A DNA stretch of 51,594 nt from assembly GCA_963627355.1 (NCBI GenBank), contig CAVGBY010000001.1:16469-68062 (forward strand), read 5' to 3'. Of this stretch, positions 47,811 to 51,594 are shown piece after piece (position 1 is the stretch's first letter; each line of letters begins with the position of its first letter). Made by a program: the position numbers and the translations under genes. The DNA comes from an uncultured Prevotella sp. (GTDB taxonomy: Bacteria; Spirochaetota; Spirochaetia; Treponematales; Treponemataceae). The notes under the pieces were generated by a model. It made no database searches, was not told the origin of the DNA, and was given only the letters and a program-made list of their open reading frames with translations.

Positions 47811-50719
47811 TGGAATTCTCCCCAGTTTTTACCGTACTCAATGCTTACTCTTAGCGGAACTTTTAATTTTACGGCGTTTTCCATTTTGTCTTTTACAAGA
47901 GAAATTGTCTCTTCGATTGTTTTTGGCTCATCTGGACATTCAAGAATCAGCTCATCGTGGACTTGAAGAAGAAGTTTTGCTCCGTTGTCTATTTCTTTTA
48001 GAGCGGAATTAACTCCAATCATCGCTTTTTTTACAATATCAGCGGCGGAACCTTGAACCGGCGTGTTGATTGCCATTCGTTCCGCGCCTGCTTTTTCAAC
48101 TTTGTTCTTGCTGTTGATATTTATAATCGGGCGGCGGCGGCCAAGGATTGTTTCAACATAACCGTTTGTTTCCGCATTTAGGATTGTCTGCGTCTTAAAA
48201 TTTGTGATTCCTGCGTAATGCTGGTCGTAGTTTGAAATAAACTGAGAGGCCTGCGTCCTGGAAATTCCCAGATCGTTTGCGAGCCGGAAAGCGCTCATTC
48301 CGTAGATAACGCCGAAATTTATGGTTTTTGCGGTGCGGCGCATTTCTGGAGTAACTTCTTCCGGTTTTACACCAAAAATAAGGGCGGCAGTTGATTTGTG
48401 GACATCAGTTCCGTCAATAAAAGCCTGGCACATATTCTTGTCTTCTGAAAGGTGGGCAAGCACAACCAGCTCTATCTGCGCATAGTCGGCGGAAATAAGG
48501 ACTTTGCCTTTAGGCGCGGTGAATGAGCTTCTGATTTTTCTGCCGGCTTCGTTTCTTACAGGAATATTCTGAAGGTTCGGCTCGCGGCAGGAAAGGCGTC
48601 CGGTCGCAGTGCCGGTCTGTACAAAATCCGTGTGGATTCTGCCGTTTTTGTCTGTCATTGTGGGTAGCGTTTCCACATAGGTTGACTGGAGTTTTGAAAG
48701 CTCGCGGAATTCCAGAATCATTTTTGGAACGGAATCGTAATGAGCAAGTTCCTCCAGCACAGATGTATCTGTTGAGTAGCCGGTTTTTGTCTTTTTTTCC
48801 GGCTTTAGTTTTCGCTCCTCAAAAAGAACTGTCTGGAGCTGTTTTGGCGATGCGATGTTGAACTGATGGCCGACTTCTTTGTAAATTTCGTTTTCGGTAT
48901 TTTCTATTCCGGCTGTAAGTTCCGCATTGTATTTGTTAAGAGAGCCGCTGTCCAGATGGATTCCTGTAAGCTCCATGTTTGCAAGAATCGGAAGAAGCCG
49001 CATTTCCAGTTCAAAAAGTTTCTGGCGGCGTTCATCCTTGAAACGCTCAGAAAGAAAATTCCACAGCTGAAGCGTAAAATCCGCGTCTTCTGCCGCATAA
49101 GGAACAGCCTGCTCAAGCGGAACATCTGCAAAAGTCTGACCTTTTTTTACAATGTCGGAAAATTCAATTCCTTTTAGGTTCAAAAATGTCTCAGAAAGGC
49201 ATTCAAGGCTGTAGGAATTTTTTCCGTTCCGGTCCGGACTTAAAAGCCACGCTGCAATCATTGTGTCGGCAAGGTTACATTTGTATTCGATTTCGTTGTT
49301 ATTAAAAAATCCGTTTGAAGCCAGCGCTTTTAGGTCGAATTTTCCATTGTGCATGACAACTTTTAAGTCCGGCTCGTTAAAAATGCGTTTTAGTTCCTCG
49401 AATGCTGCTTTTTTTTCTATTTTGTCTGAGTCAAAAAGCGACTGTTCTTGCTGCGCTAAAGGAACGTAGACCGCGCTGCCTTTTTTGTAGCAAAGGCTGA
49501 AACCTTGAATTTTGCAGCTGATTGTGTCAAGGCTGTCTGTCTCGCAGTCAAAAGCGACTGTTTTTGCGGAATTTTCTGCGCCAAGCACTGCGTTGATAAA
49601 TTCTTTTAGTTCAGAAATATTTTGGATTGCGTTGTAGTTGCCCTTGTTCTGCACAGGAGGTTCTGTGGAAGGCTGAAAATCAAAGAAGTCTGCAAGATGC
49701 ACGGGGCGTTGCGGGGTGTCCCCGCTAGAGGGGGTAGGCGAAAATTTGTCAGTTTCGCCTTGCGGAACGTGCAAAGTTGAGCCGAGGGGGAGAACTTGTT
49801 CTTCCCCATCAGATGATGCTGTCTCTCCGGCTTCGAGCGCCAGTTCTGAGTATTGTTTTGCGTCCTGAAATGCGCCGTATTGCTCTAGAAGTTTTGCCGC
49901 GGCTGAAAAGTTGTACTGATTTTTTTGAGCGAGCGCGGAATCGATTTTTTCGCAGGGAACGGTCTCGCAAAGTTTTATAAGTTTTTGTGAAAAATATGCG
50001 TTTTCTTTTCCGTCTGCAAGTTTTTTTTGCATTGCCCCTTTGATTTTTTCAATATTCTGGTAAATTCCGTCCAGATTTTGATATTCGGAAAGAAGTTTTG
50101 ACGCGGTTTTTACGCCGACGCCGGTTACGCCGGGAACATTGTCCGCTGTGTCGCCGTACAACGAAAGCAGGTCCAGAAGCTGCTCAGGTTTTACGCCCCA
50201 TTCTGCCTGAACTGCCGCTGAGTCTGTCACTTTCCACGTTGCGGCCGCGTCCGGTTTTAGAATCTGGATATTTTCGCATACAAGCTGCATTAAATCTTTG
50301 TCGCCGGAAAGGATTCTGCAGGTTCTTCCTGTTTCCGAGCATTTTTTTGCTACGGTTGCGATTATGTCGTCTGCCTCGTAGCCGTCGCACTGAAGGGTAG
50401 GAATTCCGAGTTTTTCCAGAATTTCGCAGATCCATGGAATCTGGGCGTGCAGGTCTTCCGGGGTTTTGTTACGGGTGGCTTTGTATTCCGGGTAGAATTC
50501 GTGGCGGAATGTTTTTGTCTTTGAGTCCATTGCCGCAAAAATGTAGGCTGGCTTGTAATGTCTTATGATTGAATAAAGGTTTCTGAAAAAGCCGAAAAGC
50601 GCGCTTATATTTTCGCCTTTTGAATTTGTAAGCGGCCGGTTGATAAAAGCAAAATAACATCTGAAAATCAGACCGTAGGAATCAATGATATAAACTGTGT
50701 TTTCGTCAAAATTAGCCAT
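47807..50719 (-). CDS. polA: DNA polymerase I
   Basis: 5'-3' exo (YKATR, YEADD, SGDKD), 3'-5' exo (DCET, HNGKFD, YAAEDAD), polymerase (TGRLS, NLQNIP, DYAQIEL, KTINFGVIYG, QVHDEL). Confidence 0.98.
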   Translation of the reverse strand: MANFDENTVYIIDSYGLIFRCYFAFINRPLTNSKGENISALFGFFRNLYSIIRHYKPAYIFAAMDSKTKTFRHEFYPEYKATRNKTPEDLHAQIPWICEILEKLGIPTLQCDGYEADDIIATVAKKCSETGRTCRILSGDKDLMQLVCENIQILKPDAAATWKVTDSAAVQAEWGVKPEQLLDLLSLYGDTADNVPGVTGVGVKTASKLLSEYQNLDGIYQNIEKIKGAMQKKLADGKENAYFSQKLIKLCETVPCEKIDSALAQKNQYNFSAAAKLLEQYGAFQDAKQYSELALEAGETASSDGEEQVLPLGSTLHVPQGETDKFSPTPSSGDTPQRPVHLADFFDFQPSTEPPVQNKGNYNAIQNISELKEFINAVLGAENSAKTVAFDCETDSLDTISCKIQGFSLCYKKGSAVYVPLAQQEQSLFDSDKIEKKAAFEELKRIFNEPDLKVVMHNGKFDLKALASNGFFNNNEIEYKCNLADTMIAAWLLSPDRNGKNSYSLECLSETFLNLKGIEFSDIVKKGQTFADVPLEQAVPYAAEDADFTLQLWNFLSERFKDERRQKLFELEMRLLPILANMELTGIHLDSGSLNKYNAELTAGIENTENEIYKEVGHQFNIASPKQLQTVLFEERKLKPEKKTKTGYSTDTSVLEELAHYDSVPKMILEFRELSKLQSTYVETLPTMTDKNGRIHTDFVQTGTATGRLSCREPNLQNIPVRNEAGRKIRSSFTAPKGKVLISADYAQIELVVLAHLSEDKNMCQAFIDGTDVHKSTAALIFGVKPEEVTPEMRRTAKTINFGVIYGMSAFRLANDLGISRTQASQFISNYDQHYAGITNFKTQTILNAETNGYVETILGRRRPIININSKNKVEKAGAERMAINTPVQGSAADIVKKAMIGVNSALKEIDNGAKLLLQVHDELILECPDEPKTIEETISLVKDKMENAVKLKVPLRVSIEYGKNWGEFH
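49703..49807. repeat. Palindromic element inserted in frame in polA (105 nt, 35 codons)
   Basis: Hairpins GCGGGG-TGT-CCCCGC, AGGCGAAA/TTTCGCCT, GGGGGAGAAC/GTTCTTCCCC; homologous to 41703-41783. Confidence 0.8.
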
Positions 50720-50777
50720 ATGCACAGTCTACAGTATTTTTATTAAAAATTCATTAAAATAAGTTGATAGGAAAATT

Positions 50778-51521
50778 ATGGAAGATATGTTTTTTGAGCC
50801 GCTTGCGCGTGTTCTGATTAATCATGGGTTTTGCTCGCTGCGGAGCGCCCGTAATTTTTTGCGGAAGAACAACGTTTTTGTGAACGGCATACGCATTTTT
50901 GAATGTGGTTTTTCTGTTAGGATTGAAAAGGATGAGATTTCTGTGAACGGAAGTGTCCTTGAAAGACAGAAGAATCTTTACATTTTGCTGAATAAGCCTG
51001 CCGGTTATGTATGTTCGTCTGTGAGCGACAGGCATCCGGTTGTTTATGAGCTGGTTTCTTCCATTAATATTCCAAAAAATCTGGGAAAACTGCACACGGT
51101 GGGGCGGCTTGACTGCGACACTTGCGGACTTTTGCTTTTTACGACGAACGGAAGTTTTTCGCATAGGCTGGCGGCTCCGGATTTTAAGGTTGAAAAAAAA
51201 TATTTTGCGCGGCTGGAAAATCCTGTGGAAAAATCCGGGCAGGAGGCGTACAAAAAGATGTTTGCGGAGGGGGTTGTTCTGCCTGCGGAAAAGAAATCCG
51301 GGGAACAGAAGGCTCTGCCCGCCGCATTGGAATTTTTGAGCGTGCGGGAATGTGTGGTTACTGTGAGCGAGGGGCGGTTCCACCAGATAAAAAGGATGTT
51401 CCTGTCTGTAGGAAACAGTGTTGAGTTTTTAAAGCGGATTCAGTTTGGAAACATAAAACTTGCAGAGGACCTTTTGCCGGGGCAGTTCCGCTTTTTGGAT
51501 GAAGAGGATTTTTTTTGCTGA
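50778..51521 (+). CDS. RsuA-family pseudouridine synthase
   Basis: S4-like N-terminus, LNKPAGYV, VGRLDCDTCGLLLFT, EGRFHQIKRM. Confidence 0.92.
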   Translation: MEDMFFEPLARVLINHGFCSLRSARNFLRKNNVFVNGIRIFECGFSVRIEKDEISVNGSVLERQKNLYILLNKPAGYVCSSVSDRHPVVYELVSSINIPKNLGKLHTVGRLDCDTCGLLLFTTNGSFSHRLAAPDFKVEKKYFARLENPVEKSGQEAYKKMFAEGVVLPAEKKSGEQKALPAALEFLSVRECVVTVSEGRFHQIKRMFLSVGNSVEFLKRIQFGNIKLAEDLLPGQFRFLDEEDFFC

Positions 51522-51536
51522 ACGTTTTTATGCAAG

Positions 51537-51594
51537 AGGGATTGTAGGGGAAAGCCGCAGGCTTTTTGCGAGCGGAGCGAGCAATGAAACCCCG
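51537..51594. repeat. Start of another GC-rich structured element, truncated by the window end
   Basis: GATTGTAGGGGAAAG, AAAGCC-GCA-GGCTTT, GC-GGA-GC. Confidence 0.55.

Noticed and set aside
49703..49807. Intein or intron in polA
   Set aside because: Only 35 codons, no Cys/Ser start or His-Asn end, no group I/II intron features; better explained as a repeat insertion
50754..51383. 209-aa antisense ORF opposite the pseudouridine synthase
   Set aside because: No motifs; explained as a shadow ORF
1..51594. CRISPR array, tRNA/rRNA, transposase, prophage or defence genes
   Set aside because: No regularly spaced direct repeats, cloverleafs, rRNA-like stretches or mobile/defence protein motifs seen; the intergenic gaps are short

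Overview
A 51.6 kb chromosomal window that looks like housekeeping DNA from a spirochete, most likely a gut/rumen Treponema. This is inferred from the class I LysRS, the spirochete/mitochondrial-type EF-G1, a TP0733-like beta-barrel, the bat operon and sigma28-type promoters. It holds about 42 CDS: fusA, an MCP, lysS, ArsR+cadA with an SmtB-type operator, an FGGY-kinase/HAD fusion, prs, moxR-bat operon, Smr, J-domain protein, infA, dksA, PHP phosphatase, a sensor-less hybrid kinase with a REC-STAS-REC partner, an ABC transporter, NUDIX, gpmI, miaB, ldhA, folE2, folD, OM/lipoprotein genes, SPOR proteins, coaE, polA and a pseudouridine synthase. I saw no rRNA, tRNA, CRISPR array, transposase or prophage. 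The main signal not explained by the genes is a set of short GC-rich palindromic elements. One sits in frame (105 nt, 35 codons) inside polA and is clearly homologous to an intergenic copy between folE2 and folD, which is reminiscent of Rickettsia palindromic elements. Other points: five apparently leaderless genes, two sigma28-type promoters on non-flagellar genes, a G9 tract in place of an RBS before a lipoprotein, and an OM-protein gene frameshifted away from its signal peptide. All calls were made by eye from the sequence and ORF track; no database searches were run.
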